A stretch of 41,376 nucleotides of DNA from a virus (Duplodnaviria; Caudoviricetes). Where the stretch lies: IMG/VR virus record IMGVR_UViG_3300012890_000079, positions 1 through 41,376 of that record; one strand, written 5' to 3'. The notes below the pieces were generated by a model. It made no database searches, was not told the origin of the DNA, and saw nothing but the letters and a program-made list of their open reading frames with translations. Positions 9,401-18,111 of this stretch are shown piece after piece (positions within the stretch are counted from its first letter, which is position 1; every line of letters starts with the position of its first letter). The position numbers and the translations under genes were made by a program.

Positions 9401-9937
9401 CAGGTTCGCCACGCAGCCCTGGGCATCGACCACGCGGGCGTTGTAGGGCTGGCGGGCGGTGTCCATGCCGAACACCTCCAGCGGAATGGCCGATGAGCGC
9501 CGGCCGCCGCTGGCCACCACCGTGCCGCTGGCGTCTGTGACCGTGATTTGGTAGGGGGGCACGCCGGCCTGGCCGAATACCTTGACGTAGCCGTCGGGCG
9601 CGCCGACCGGGGCCGAGTTGGTGTCCACGGTAATGCGCGCAAATTCGGGCACCGCCAAGGGCAGGGCGATGGTGCAGCCCAGCGCGCCAGCCAGGTTGCG
9701 GGTGGCGACCTGGCCGGCGCCGATGTAACGCACTACCCGCACCTTGCCCGCTCGCACGGTCCAGCGGTCTACTTCCGCGTTCAACGCTAGCTCGAACGGG
9801 GTGCCGCTGGCCACCGGCGTTTGGGTGTTGTAGAACGTGCGGGCTACTGTGTCCCAGAACTTTTCTAAGCGCAGCAGGGCCAGGCCGGTAGTGTTGGGAT
9901 TGGGCAGCAGTAAGCGGCGGAGCAGGACATAGGACAT
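6482..9937 (-). CDS. Large tail/baseplate protein with SprB-like beta repeats and CBM5/12-like modules
   Basis: 1151 aa after the tape measure; GVPPYQ...VVDAQGC and FDGLAAGDHEVVATDAAG repeats. Confidence 0.8.
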   Translation of the reverse strand: MSYVLLRRLLLPNPNTTGLALLRLEKFWDTVARTFYNTQTPVASGTPFELALNAEVDRWTVRAGKVRVVRYIGAGQVATRNLAGALGCTIALPLAVPEFARITVDTNSAPVGAPDGYVKVFGQAGVPPYQITVTDASGTVVASGGRRSSAIPLEVFGMDTARQPYNARVVDAQGCVANLTIPVKLGAPDGMPFGELLQDVHFGDGSTGGRGTKSIWNFTTKAVETYNYEDNNPFDSRYERPAGDFIDGYLLPDGVTFRTVSTYGGPDVYFKDDTLGGSVLTLDNLIVFHPDSAAEQNGGVLLEVNATALPVSFTLGASTNDTGSFDGLAAGDHEVVATDAAGAVLRVPFTLKLRYGLRWQRDFADPRGVPQRLELWLRDYAGPVEEIKGNGSAPVVLQTDGLNGSLGGQGDVPAIVGTSCELSLRVLPGTLEEVVVNDDRACRCDVYSAGRLQFRGYVLPDIYTAPLLSGLLPISLTATDGLAGLKDVDFLSHEFQRLQGRRPLLNTLLHALSRCDVSLPVHCLVNRRSTEMSDDDAPELAATTERNGYYDSEKDEPRDLHTVVQALAQTMGGTLCQREGSWQVRSFLEVLADAPGRAYRPAGTPAGKLLAVAPSGLIAPLSKPGTVWGWLKAAQQQQVRPGWKSLVGATDAGWLKNAFAAGEVFSDKYAWLENGARLRPIAGWQPGTDEGFPLVLREGGEKSTDYSTQWPLAQAGDTRYLVSPALPLVPLPESCPAFLTVTARWLPTRYLPTGAATADAAVSATLTVAVAIDGQRLLAPLVFTLPLAKKATDKPTVITLPLPAVPTGARLTVLHVLPAAPLAFTRVGTGDYVESKVYGLLSSYAAGDVVYQDAPAGQRVYFQAKRALFAPVVEPGGLPLGTRPWAEKANFTAGNYVTSGPLFYKALRDMFNPVPPLPASGSDTNWLLTDRADIPDLNWEPLNFAAPNAQALVTSIGIELRPRQTTWDGQDNFRAEGRAGTVRSTEVLDVYHPDIPIEAGLFEGNRFAFSRAVALADGTPSTAWARAIDLRPAPLFENSVYDALALREGPSRLLTGIISHHAHTGPRLLDSVDTPYDVRGRRFGVASTSWNLRLAQTEVSLVEVGPGADAPDPLDELPDGVRITHEVYEYAPGKFTPYVRMTHDGYVRVRH

Positions 9938-9964
9938 TGGCGTATTCGTATCTACTTTGGTGCT

Positions 9965-10417
9965 ATGAAAAACTTGTTACTCAGCTTGCTGCTGCTGCTG
10001 ATAGGATTTGGCAATGCCTCAGCCCAGTCTGCTTCTTATCCGCTTAAAAAGGCCAGCGTTATTGTGGTGCGCACCGATGACAGCCTAGCAGTTGCTTATA
10101 ATAAATTAGCTCGGGCTCTGGTAGCAGCTGGGTACGGGATTGAGAAAAGCGATAAAGACATTGCCTATATTCAAACCATCCCACTGGCTACGGCTGAGCG
10201 CAAAGCGGTATCAGTTGGAACTCGCATTGCCTTGTTAAGGCAACCTCAATGCACCGCAATTGAAATTCGGGGCACCTATTTCATTGATACTCCGCTCGGC
10301 ACGCCAATAAAGAATATTGGGCAAGGCGGAAGTGCCACGCAGGCTGCCTGGAATGCGTTGGAGCGGGTTGCCAGGCTTTATCCAGGTGGTATAATCGCCT
10401 ACCGGGTAGAGCCCTAA
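9965..10417 (+). CDS. Secreted protein, antisense moron (superinfection-exclusion candidate)
   Basis: Signal peptide MKNLLLSLLLLLIGFGNASAQ; AT-rich; opposite strand inside the tail operon. Confidence 0.8.
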   Translation: MKNLLLSLLLLLIGFGNASAQSASYPLKKASVIVVRTDDSLAVAYNKLARALVAAGYGIEKSDKDIAYIQTIPLATAERKAVSVGTRIALLRQPQCTAIEIRGTYFIDTPLGTPIKNIGQGGSATQAAWNALERVARLYPGGIIAYRVEP

Positions 10418-13400
10418 ACCCGCTTCGCACGGTACTCCATCGTGCGACCCTGGGCCACCATGTCTTTGCCGCGCAGGCGCAATTCTGGAATCTCAATTTT
10501 GATGGTTTGCTGGCTGCTGTTCTGGCCGTAGTTAGGCGTGCTCAAGCCTGCCGAACTAGGTGCACTGCTACTCCCGCCGCCTGTAGCGATGCTACTAGCT
10601 GCGCCTTTCACAACTCCACCCAAAGCCACGAGCGCAATGCCGCCTGCGATTGCGGCATAGGGGTTGAGGCTTTCGAGCGCCTTCCGGATGCCGAGCACCG
10701 CCACCCCCGCCCCAATGGCCAGTTGGCCAAGCTGCACCATCATGCCGCCGAGGGCACCCAGTAGCGCCGCGCCAATGTCATTGAGCCCTGCCGTGCCAGC
10801 TAACATGCCGCTGATAGCCTCGCCGATGCCTGTAGCAGCATTTTGAAAACCTTGCGACAGCACGTCGCCGATGCCTGAGCTTATTTGCTCACCAACCTGC
10901 TGCGCCTGCACCATTGCCTTCGTCGCTTCTCCCAGCGAGGAAACAAAGGCAGATACATCGACTGGCTTCAGCTTGGTAGGCAACGGCAGCGCGTCCGGCG
11001 TTTTCAGCTTAAACTCTGGGGTCTCGAATAGCTTGTCAGCCCCTTTCAGCTTGCGCAATTCCAGCGTTTCGCTGGCTCCTAGCAGCGTGCTATTGAGGTT
11101 GCGCAGGTCGGCCACGAGCGTGCGCACGGCTGAGCTAGCGGGTGAAAAGCCAGCCCCAATCAGTTTTTTGATGCCCGACTCGGTAGCGCTCTGCCGGCTT
11201 TGCAGGTAATTATACTGGTCGCCCAGCGCCTGGCTTTCATTGGCCACCGTGCGCAGGCTCTTCTGCACGTCGGCGTAGGCCTTCTGCATTTCTTTCGAGG
11301 CCAGTCCAAGCGCATTTAAGCGCGCAATCTGCTCTTCGAGTGACGCTATGAGCTGATTGCTGGCGGCAATCTCCGCCTCGGTGCCAAGGTTCGGCTTCGC
11401 GTCTTTCGCAGCCTGAAGCCGCGCCTCTAAGGCGGCTAGCAGGCCGGTTTTGGCTGCGGTGTCATTCAGGCTAGCCCCGAAAAACTTGAGGGCAATGTCG
11501 GCCTCGGTCAGGGCCTGGGTGAGTGGCCCACTGATGGTGCTGCCCAGGATGCCGGCCGCCTGCTCAAAGTCTTTGACCTTGGTGCGCTGCTTTTCCAGCT
11601 CGTCGCCCACCTGCGCAATGCTTTCGCGCAGATAGCCCAGCTGCTGGGCCCGGAAGTTGCCACTCTCGCCCCGCTGCTGGCTTTCGCGGTTGTAGTCCTG
11701 GGCCCGCTGCTGAGCGGCCGCGTAGGCCTGCTGCAACTCCTGCAAGTCACGCCGAGCCTGTGGCAGGCTAGCCAGGGCGATGGACTTGTCAATCTCCTTG
11801 AACGCGGCCACCGACTGGCGCGCTTTGCCGGCCGCAATATCAATGAAGTTGCCATACTGGTCGATTTTGGTGCCGGCCTCTGGCATGAGGGCCGTCACCT
11901 GCTCCACGACTTTGCGCAGTTCCTCCTGCTCGGCAGCGCTGAGGTTGGTTTTGCTTTTGAGTTCGTCGTAACGGTCGAGCAGCGGCGTGAGGGTGGTGTC
12001 GAGTTGGCGCGTGGCCTCGGCCTGTTTGTGGAATGACTCGTAGGCGCGCTGGCTCTCGGTGCTGGCCGCGTAAATGACGGCGCCCAGCGTCAAGCCCACG
12101 GCAACGATGGCCCCCATTGGGCTCAGTACCGATGCTAGCGCCCCGCGCAGCACCACCATATTGTTTTGCAGCAGCAACGTGGCGGCCTTTACCTCCACGA
12201 TGCCGGCGCGAATGGCGGGCAGCGCGGCGCCCAGCGTGCCCAACGCCACAGCCGCCGGCCCTACGGCCGCCGCCAGGCCCGCCAGTACCGTGCCAGTAGC
12301 CAGTACCGCGGGGTTGAGTTGGGCGAGCCCCGCCGCTAGTGCCGCCCCGCGCCGCAACAGCCCGTCGAAGAAGGCCAGCAACCCGCTATCGGCTACGGCC
12401 TGGGCCAGGCCCTCGGCCGCGCTCTTGAAGGCCTCGAGCCCGCCAGTGAAGCCCTGGTTGAGGATGCTGCCCTGCGCGGCCGCGTTGACCTTGCCGATGC
12501 TGACGGCCATCTCGTCAAACCCCTCGCTGCCAGCCTTGGCCAGCAGCAGGGCCGTACGGATAGAATCTGCCCCGAAAATCTGGGTGCCAAACGTATTCTT
12601 GGCCTGGTCCGAGAGGCCCGCAAATGACTTTTGCAGCTGCCCGGCAATGTCGCGTAGGGGCAGCAACTTGCCGCCGGCGTCGAAGAAATTGAGGCCCAGC
12701 GTTTTCATTGCCTGCTCGGCCTCTTTACTCTGCGGCACGAGGCGCTGCAAGAACGTTTTGAAGCTGGTGCCCGCGTCCGAGCCCGACGAGAAGCCGCTGC
12801 TCGTCAGGCTGAGCGCCGTGTTGAAGTCCTCGAAGCTGGCGCCGAGCTGGCCGGCCACGGCCCCGGCCTGGCCCAGGGCCTGGCGATAGTCGTCGATGCT
12901 GAACTTGCTGGCGATGGTGGCGCCCGTGATGTTGCTCACGAGGCCCGCCGCATCCTGGGCGCTCTTACCGAAGTTGTTCATCACGTCGGTGGTGATGTCG
13001 GCGGCCGTGGCCAGCTGGGCACCCGTGGCCGTGGCCAGGGCCGTGGTAGCGTCCACGGCCCCGCCCAGAATGTCGCGGGTGCTGGCCCCGTTCTTGGCCA
13101 GGTTCTCCAAAGCCTGCGCGGCCTGCACGCTACTGAATTGCAGTTTCGGGTCAAGGGCAATGCCCTGCGCCTTCTCGCGCAGGGCCTGCAACTCGGCGCC
13201 GCTGGCCTGGGTGGCGGCCTGCACCCGGTTGAAGGCGGCCTGAAAGTCGCCCCCCACCTTGAGGCTCGCCGCCGAGAGGGCGGCCACCGGCAGGGTCACG
13301 TACTGGGTGAGGCTGGTGCCCACGTCCTTGAGCCCCTCGCTGAACTTGACGAGGCCCGAGAGCTCGCGCCGGGCCTGGGCCATCGCGGCGCGAAAGCCCG

Positions 13401-13449
13401 AGATTTCGGCACCTAGAACGACACTTACGGAGGCAAGAATATCAGCCAT
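10414..13449 (-). CDS. Tail tape measure protein
   Basis: 1011 aa, Ala-rich helical, with a TP901-like core (GSDAGTSFKTFL...IFGAD). Confidence 0.95.
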   Translation of the reverse strand: MADILASVSVVLGAEISGFRAAMAQARRELSGLVKFSEGLKDVGTSLTQYVTLPVAALSAASLKVGGDFQAAFNRVQAATQASGAELQALREKAQGIALDPKLQFSSVQAAQALENLAKNGASTRDILGGAVDATTALATATGAQLATAADITTDVMNNFGKSAQDAAGLVSNITGATIASKFSIDDYRQALGQAGAVAGQLGASFEDFNTALSLTSSGFSSGSDAGTSFKTFLQRLVPQSKEAEQAMKTLGLNFFDAGGKLLPLRDIAGQLQKSFAGLSDQAKNTFGTQIFGADSIRTALLLAKAGSEGFDEMAVSIGKVNAAAQGSILNQGFTGGLEAFKSAAEGLAQAVADSGLLAFFDGLLRRGAALAAGLAQLNPAVLATGTVLAGLAAAVGPAAVALGTLGAALPAIRAGIVEVKAATLLLQNNMVVLRGALASVLSPMGAIVAVGLTLGAVIYAASTESQRAYESFHKQAEATRQLDTTLTPLLDRYDELKSKTNLSAAEQEELRKVVEQVTALMPEAGTKIDQYGNFIDIAAGKARQSVAAFKEIDKSIALASLPQARRDLQELQQAYAAAQQRAQDYNRESQQRGESGNFRAQQLGYLRESIAQVGDELEKQRTKVKDFEQAAGILGSTISGPLTQALTEADIALKFFGASLNDTAAKTGLLAALEARLQAAKDAKPNLGTEAEIAASNQLIASLEEQIARLNALGLASKEMQKAYADVQKSLRTVANESQALGDQYNYLQSRQSATESGIKKLIGAGFSPASSAVRTLVADLRNLNSTLLGASETLELRKLKGADKLFETPEFKLKTPDALPLPTKLKPVDVSAFVSSLGEATKAMVQAQQVGEQISSGIGDVLSQGFQNAATGIGEAISGMLAGTAGLNDIGAALLGALGGMMVQLGQLAIGAGVAVLGIRKALESLNPYAAIAGGIALVALGGVVKGAASSIATGGGSSSAPSSAGLSTPNYGQNSSQQTIKIEIPELRLRGKDMVAQGRTMEYRAKRV

Positions 13450-13839
13450 TTAAAACAAGTCTTTATCAAGGGCCGCCACGCGGGCAAATTCGGCTTCTAC
13501 TTCGGCGGCGCTTAGCACCTGGGGCACTTCGGGCAGGGGGTCGCCGTAGAGCCACGTTACTTCTTCGGGCGCCAGCGCGGGCTCGCCCTCGGCCCGGTTG
13601 ACGTTCAGTAGGATGGTGGCCAGCAGCCGCATCGGCTTCACCTTGGCGGCGTGGCGGCGGTGGTAGCCGCGGCAGCGGCGGTCAAACTCCGAGAGGGTCA
13701 TTTCCCAGAACTCGGCCGCCGACAGGGCTAGCTCGCCGAAGGCAAAGTCAAGGTGCTGGTCCCATTCGTGGGCAGCGCTGAGGTAGACGGGCCGGATTGG
13801 GGGGCTACCTTCGCCAGCAGGGCCCCCATCAGAGGGCCC
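13450..13839 (-). CDS. Tail assembly chaperone second ORF (gpT-like), probably reached by -1 frameshift
   Basis: The -1 frame reads HEWDQHLDFAFGELALSAAEFWEMTLSEF...; candidate slippery G-GGC-CCT at 13833-13839. Confidence 0.7.
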   Translation of the reverse strand, partial: GPSDGGPAGEGSPPIRPVYLSAAHEWDQHLDFAFGELALSAAEFWEMTLSEFDRRCRGYHRRHAAKVKPMRLLATILLNVNRAEGEPALAPEEVTWLYGDPLPEVPQVLSAAEVEAEFARVAALDKDLF

Positions 13840-14156
13840 ACCGACAGCGTTTCTTTCAGCGCATCAGCCAGCTCGTCGTTTTCGGCCGGGCTCAGCCCGT
13901 CAATCAGCTCGCCAGCATCGTCCTGGCTGAAGGTTTCGCAGCCCGGCACGTAGCGCTTCACGGCGCAGGCCACCAGCGCCGTGGCGGCCTCGTTGAAATC
14001 GGTACTCAGTAAGGCGGCAAATTCGCTCGTGCCCAGGCCCGTGAGCTTGGTTACGTCGCGCATGACGTTCATGCCGAAGCGCAGCAGATGGGGGGCGCCG
14101 GCAATCGTAATGGTGGCCTCGCCGCGGGCGGTATTGGAAATGGTGGGGGCGTTCAT
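13728..14156 (-). CDS. Tail assembly chaperone (gpG-like)
   Basis: Between tail tube and tape measure genes; start MNAPTIS. Confidence 0.8.
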   Translation of the reverse strand: MNAPTISNTARGEATITIAGAPHLLRFGMNVMRDVTKLTGLGTSEFAALLSTDFNEAATALVACAVKRYVPGCETFSQDDAGELIDGLSPAENDELADALKETLSVGPLMGALLAKVAPQSGPSTSALPTNGTSTLTLPSAS

Positions 14157-14199
14157 GTGTTGAGAAGAAAGAAAGGAAGAAAAACTAGCCACACCCACA

Positions 14200-14228
14200 A
14201 AGCCCAGCCGGAAGCCGGCCGGGTTTTG
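14200..14228 (-). terminator. Hairpin after the major tail gene
   Basis: Imperfect GC stem (AACCCGGCCGGC-TT-CCGGCTGGGCTTT) followed by a U-rich tract. Confidence 0.45.
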
Positions 14229-14242
14229 TGGACATGAAACAC

Positions 14243-14671
14243 TTAGGTAACGACGGTGAGCGGGCCGGTGCCTTGCAGCGAGAGCGCGCCGGTAGCCGGG
14301 CCCTTGAGCTGGCCCTTGAGCCCGTTTTTGGTGATGAAGCACTGGCCCTGGTAGCGCGTGTCGCCGAGCGAAAAGCGCATGGTCAGGATTTCCTGGTCGA
14401 TTTGGTACTGCACGAACTCGGCCACCGACACGTTGGCATCGACGTCGGGTGCGTCGATTTCGCGGGCCGTGAGGTTGGCCGTGGCGCTCCAGTCATTCTG
14501 ACCAGGTACGAACTCTTTCCAGCCCGCCGAGTCGGAGCAGGTAGCCTCGTCGGATTCGGTGTTGATGTCGAGGCCGACGTCGCCTACGCAGCCCACCCGT
14601 ACGGGGCTGCTGGCGCCGGGCTTGGTCACGTAAAAGGCTACGTCGCGCCCTTTAATTGGGGTTTTTGCCAT
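14243..14671 (-). CDS. Major tail tube protein
   Basis: EATCSDSAGWKEFVPGQNDWS...YQGQCFIT...LSLQGTGPL. Confidence 0.9.
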   Translation of the reverse strand: MAKTPIKGRDVAFYVTKPGASSPVRVGCVGDVGLDINTESDEATCSDSAGWKEFVPGQNDWSATANLTAREIDAPDVDANVSVAEFVQYQIDQEILTMRFSLGDTRYQGQCFITKNGLKGQLKGPATGALSLQGTGPLTVVT

Positions 14672-14700
14672 TGTTTTTACAGAAAAAAGGTGAGGTTGAG

Positions 14701-15075
14701 TTAGGCGGCTAGCCCGTCGAGCAGATAGTCCTGCGTGCGCAGAAAGCAGAGCGCGTTATCCTGAAAGCTTTCCTGATAGGTATCGAAGGCGACGTGCACC
14801 GCTCCCACGTCCTGGCCGTGCAAGGCCTTGCGGCAGGCGGCGTGCAGCTGGCCGATTTGCGGGTAGGCTTTGGCGAACAGGCTCAGCTGCACCCGGGCGT
14901 CGTCGTCGAGGTCGCAGACCATCGTACTGTGGCCCTGGCCGCTCACCACCTGGTAGGTGGCGTAGGGATAGGGCGTGTTCTGCGGGGCGCGCAGCGGGTA
15001 GATGCGCCCGCCCAGCAGCGTCACCACGGCGGCGTTGGCTTGCAAAAGCGTGTTGATGATTTCGCCGGGCTCCAC
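14701..15075 (-). CDS. Tail terminator/completion protein (DUF3168-like)
   Basis: GGRIYPLRAPQNTPYPYATYQVVS...RVQLSLFA. Confidence 0.85.
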   Translation of the reverse strand: MEPGEIINTLLQANAAVVTLLGGRIYPLRAPQNTPYPYATYQVVSGQGHSTMVCDLDDDARVQLSLFAKAYPQIGQLHAACRKALHGQDVGAVHVAFDTYQESFQDNALCFLRTQDYLLDGLAA

Positions 15076-15088
15076 TATTCTTTACAAT

Positions 15089-15280
15089 CTAGATATTAGC
15101 TCCAAATATTACCGACATGCACATCGTGTAGTTAAACACGAGGACTGAATGAGAGATAGGCTCTGGAAACTGGAATCGCAGCTTGGCCTGTCGCATAGCT
15201 TCTTCTAATGCGCGCTGGCTAGCCAGAGGCCCGCAAGACTCCACCTGTACTTCAATTGCAAAGTATTCGCGGTATTTCAT
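15089..15280 (-). CDS. Small AT-rich inserted hypothetical protein
   Basis: 63 aa; TAATG coupling to the upstream gene. Confidence 0.6.
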   Translation of the reverse strand: MKYREYFAIEVQVESCGPLASQRALEEAMRQAKLRFQFPEPISHSVLVFNYTMCMSVIFGANI

Positions 15281-15771
15281 TACTTGAAAACTGATTTAAA
15301 CTCGGACACTATAATTTCCCGCAAGCCCTCCTCGGCTAGCTCAATCACCTGCGGCAGCGTCGCATCGGCGGCCGGGCGCATGAACGGCTGGGCCGCGATG
15401 CCCGGGTGCTGCACCTCGGGGGCGTAGGTGCCGGCGAAGTGCAGCAGCCCGCCGGCGGCCTTGGCCCGAATGACGTGCGGCGCCGTGCCATACTCCCGCA
15501 GGTGCGCGTGGTGGCCCTTGTAGCCGTTGCCGCGCCGCGGGCCAATCGAGATGCCGCCCAGCTTGCGGTTGTTAAGCACGCCGATGCTGCGGGTGGTTTC
15601 GCCCGTCACATCGGCGTTGCTGCTGAGCTGTTTGGCGCGCTTGACGAGCGGCTTTGCCGCTTTGTTGAGCACCTGGTTGACCGCCTTGGGCCCGAGCTTG
15701 GGGCCCAGGCCGGCCAGCACGGCGTCGAGGTCGTCGAACCCCTGGAAGCTGATACCGGATTGATTACCCAC
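15280..15771 (-). CDS. HK97 gp10-like neck protein
   Basis: HLREYGT...HPGIAAQPFMRPA motif. Confidence 0.9.
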   Translation of the reverse strand: MGNQSGISFQGFDDLDAVLAGLGPKLGPKAVNQVLNKAAKPLVKRAKQLSSNADVTGETTRSIGVLNNRKLGGISIGPRRGNGYKGHHAHLREYGTAPHVIRAKAAGGLLHFAGTYAPEVQHPGIAAQPFMRPAADATLPQVIELAEEGLREIIVSEFKSVFK

Positions 15772-16087
15772 GGCGGTAGGTCGTTAAGAGCAGCCCCGCC
15801 TGGCGACCGATTTCCTGCACACCCGTGATGGCGTACACGGCCCCGTTGTAGACGAGCTGCCAGGTGGGCGTCACGTCGGCCCGGTAGCGCAGCTGCCAGG
15901 TGCTTTGCTGCACGGCCGTGAGCTGGTTGGCCTCCACTACCTCCGTGCCAGGGCCCGGCTTCTGCTCGGCCCACACCTCGGCCACGTCGCTGAACAGCAC
16001 CTGCTGGCCCGCGCCGCCAAACTGATTGGCGGGCGCGGGCTGGGGCGCTTGCAGCATAACGAGGCGGTTGAAGTTGCCGAAATTCAT
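15764..16087 (-). CDS. Head closure/head-tail adaptor protein
   Basis: AEVWAE...LRYRADVTPTWQLVYNGAVYAI. Confidence 0.9.
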   Translation of the reverse strand: MNFGNFNRLVMLQAPQPAPANQFGGAGQQVLFSDVAEVWAEQKPGPGTEVVEANQLTAVQQSTWQLRYRADVTPTWQLVYNGAVYAITGVQEIGRQAGLLLTTYRRG

Positions 16088-16440
16088 AGCGTAGGGACTC
16101 GTATCAGATTCATGAGGCTCGCCGTGCCCAGCGGCAACTCAGTCAGGTTCACGCCCACAAAGACGCTGGCGCGGTTCTCGTACAAGTGGCCCAGCGTAAG
16201 CAGCAGCCAGGCCTTGCCCACGGCCTGCTCGTCCTGCGTCAGCACCACCTCGTCGAGGTAGGCCCCGGTGTCAGGGTCGGTGGGCTCAGCTTCTTTCGGC
16301 CAGCGCCGCTTGCTTTCCTTGTTGAAGGCGCCCACGGCGGCCGGCAGGTAGATGTCCACGAGCAGGCTGTCCTCTTCGGTAGCCGAGGGCGATAGCTTGA
16401 GGTGGGCCTTTACCTGGGCCAGGGTGAGCGGGGCGGGCAT
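16084..16440 (-). CDS. Head-tail connector (HK97 gp6-like)
   Basis: LTLAQVKAHLK...EDSLL...LLLTLGHLYENR. Confidence 0.9.
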   Translation of the reverse strand: MPAPLTLAQVKAHLKLSPSATEEDSLLVDIYLPAAVGAFNKESKRRWPKEAEPTDPDTGAYLDEVVLTQDEQAVGKAWLLLTLGHLYENRASVFVGVNLTELPLGTASLMNLIRVPTL

Positions 16441-16446
16441 GGCGGG

Positions 16447-16677
16447 CTAGCGGGTTTCGTCGGTTTTGGTCACGGCCTGGCAATAGCCATCGGCTACTAG
16501 CTTGGTCGCCTTGTCCTTGGGCAGCTCGCCCGTTTCGCCAGCGTGGTACGCGTAGGCCTGGTGCGACTTAATAAACTTGACCTGCGTACCAACAGCGGCT
16601 TCGCTAGCGGCACCCTTATCGGCCGCGGCTTTTTCTGCGGCAGCTTTTTCTGCGGCAGCTTTTTCTTGAGCAGTCAT
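16447..16677 (-). CDS. Small head-associated protein with EKAAA repeats
   Basis: 76 aa after the capsid gene; tandem 15-nt repeats. Confidence 0.75.
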   Translation of the reverse strand: MTAQEKAAAEKAAAEKAAADKGAASEAAVGTQVKFIKSHQAYAYHAGETGELPKDKATKLVADGYCQAVTKTDETR

Positions 16678-16746
16678 AAGAAGTAGAAATGAGTGGGTAA
16701 AACCATGCGCCCGGCCAGCGCCAGCCGGCCGGGCTACTCGGGTGGC

Positions 16747-18069
16747 CTAGTTGTTGGCGCCCAGCACGTCCTTCATGGCGGCGAAGCTCTTGGCGCGGGC
16801 CACGAGCACGTCGGCGAAGGTTTTGACGTGCATGCGAATCATGCCGTTCTTGGCCTGGGTGTAGGGGTCGGGCAGGATTTCGATGCCGGCCCACATGCCC
16901 ATGTACAGGTCGTTCCAGTTGCCGAAAACCAGGGGCGAGCACGTGCTCGCCGAGCCCTTTTGCAAGGTGTTGGGCAGGATGTTGCTCACGCCCGCCTTGT
17001 AGCCCGAGAGGCTGTCGGCCTGGTCGCCCCAGACGAAGATGCCCGAGCCGGCATCCTTCTTGGTGAGCTGGAGCTGGGTGCGCACGCTCGTGTTGGTGGC
17101 CCAACCCAGCGAGCCCAGCAGGGCGTTGTTGACGTCCACGGCGCCGATGAGCTTCTTCACGTGCTCGAACGTGGGCTGGGCCCCATTGGCGCCACCGACC
17201 ACCGAGCCGATGCCGGTGGTGTTGAGCACGCCCGTGGGCTCCTCGCCCGAACCCGAACCCATCAGGCCGGCGCGGTCGAGGGCTTCCTGCACGCCGCGAA
17301 TCATCTGGGCCCGCAGGCGGGCGTCGATGCTGGGCGAGGTTTGCAGCAGCATGCGCTCCGACACGTCCATGAAGCCGGCCAGGCGCTTGGGCGTCATGCT
17401 CAGCTTTTTGAACGTGACCGTGCTTTCCGGCGCGTCGCCGGTTTCCGTCACGAAGCTGGGCGCGAACACGGCATCCTCCACCGGAAAGTCGAGGTTGCCC
17501 ACTAGGCCCGTCATAAAGTCGGCGCCGAGGCCAGCCAGTACGAGGGCGTTGCGCAGCTGGTCGATGAAGCTGCCCAGGCTCGTGGCGATGGCAGCGCCGC
17601 CGGCACTGCCATTGGCGCCACCGGTGGCCGTTACCGAGCGGTGCTCCAGGATGAGGCTGGGAATCATCACGCCCTTGGTGGCGCCCGCAAACTGGGCGTT
17701 GGAACGCGCTTCCTTGATGCCTTCCTCGTGCATCTCCTTGTAGAGGCCCGTGAGCGGCGTGTTTTCGTTGGCCGCGCGCACGGCTTCGAGGAAGCTGAAC
17801 TTGCTCAAATCGCGCTGCTCCGTGTCACTCAGGCCGCTTTCGTGGCGGGTGCCGTGCTCGCCGGCCGAGATGGCGCGCTGCTCGTCGATTTCCTTCTGAC
17901 GCGCGATTTTCTCATCCAGGGCGCGAATTTCGGCCGTGGTGTCGTCGAAGGTTTTGGCCTCCGCATCCGAGAGGTCCCGCTTCTCGGTGTCGGCCGTGTC
18001 GCACAGGACGTTATTGGCCTTGAGCTTGGTAGCGCGTTCCTCCTGAAGCTGTTTGAGTTTTTTAGACAT
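16747..18069 (-). CDS. Major capsid protein, HK97 family
   Basis: N-terminal coiled-coil delta domain; GSGSGEEPTGVL; VFGNW. Confidence 0.95.
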   Translation of the reverse strand: MSKKLKQLQEERATKLKANNVLCDTADTEKRDLSDAEAKTFDDTTAEIRALDEKIARQKEIDEQRAISAGEHGTRHESGLSDTEQRDLSKFSFLEAVRAANENTPLTGLYKEMHEEGIKEARSNAQFAGATKGVMIPSLILEHRSVTATGGANGSAGGAAIATSLGSFIDQLRNALVLAGLGADFMTGLVGNLDFPVEDAVFAPSFVTETGDAPESTVTFKKLSMTPKRLAGFMDVSERMLLQTSPSIDARLRAQMIRGVQEALDRAGLMGSGSGEEPTGVLNTTGIGSVVGGANGAQPTFEHVKKLIGAVDVNNALLGSLGWATNTSVRTQLQLTKKDAGSGIFVWGDQADSLSGYKAGVSNILPNTLQKGSASTCSPLVFGNWNDLYMGMWAGIEILPDPYTQAKNGMIRMHVKTFADVLVARAKSFAAMKDVLGANN

Positions 18070-18111
18070 GGGGTAGGTAGCAGAAAAAAAAGGTGAGAAA
18101 CGGAGATGAAA

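Noticed and set aside
4174-9937. Diversity-generating retroelement or invertible tail-fibre cassette
   Set aside because: No reverse transcriptase, no template/variable repeat pair and no adjacent invertase seen
14680-18097. CTCACCTTTTTT(TT)CTG upstream of the capsid and tail tube genes
   Set aside because: Low complexity; probably an ordinary pyrimidine-rich translation leader in a host lacking Shine-Dalgarno sites
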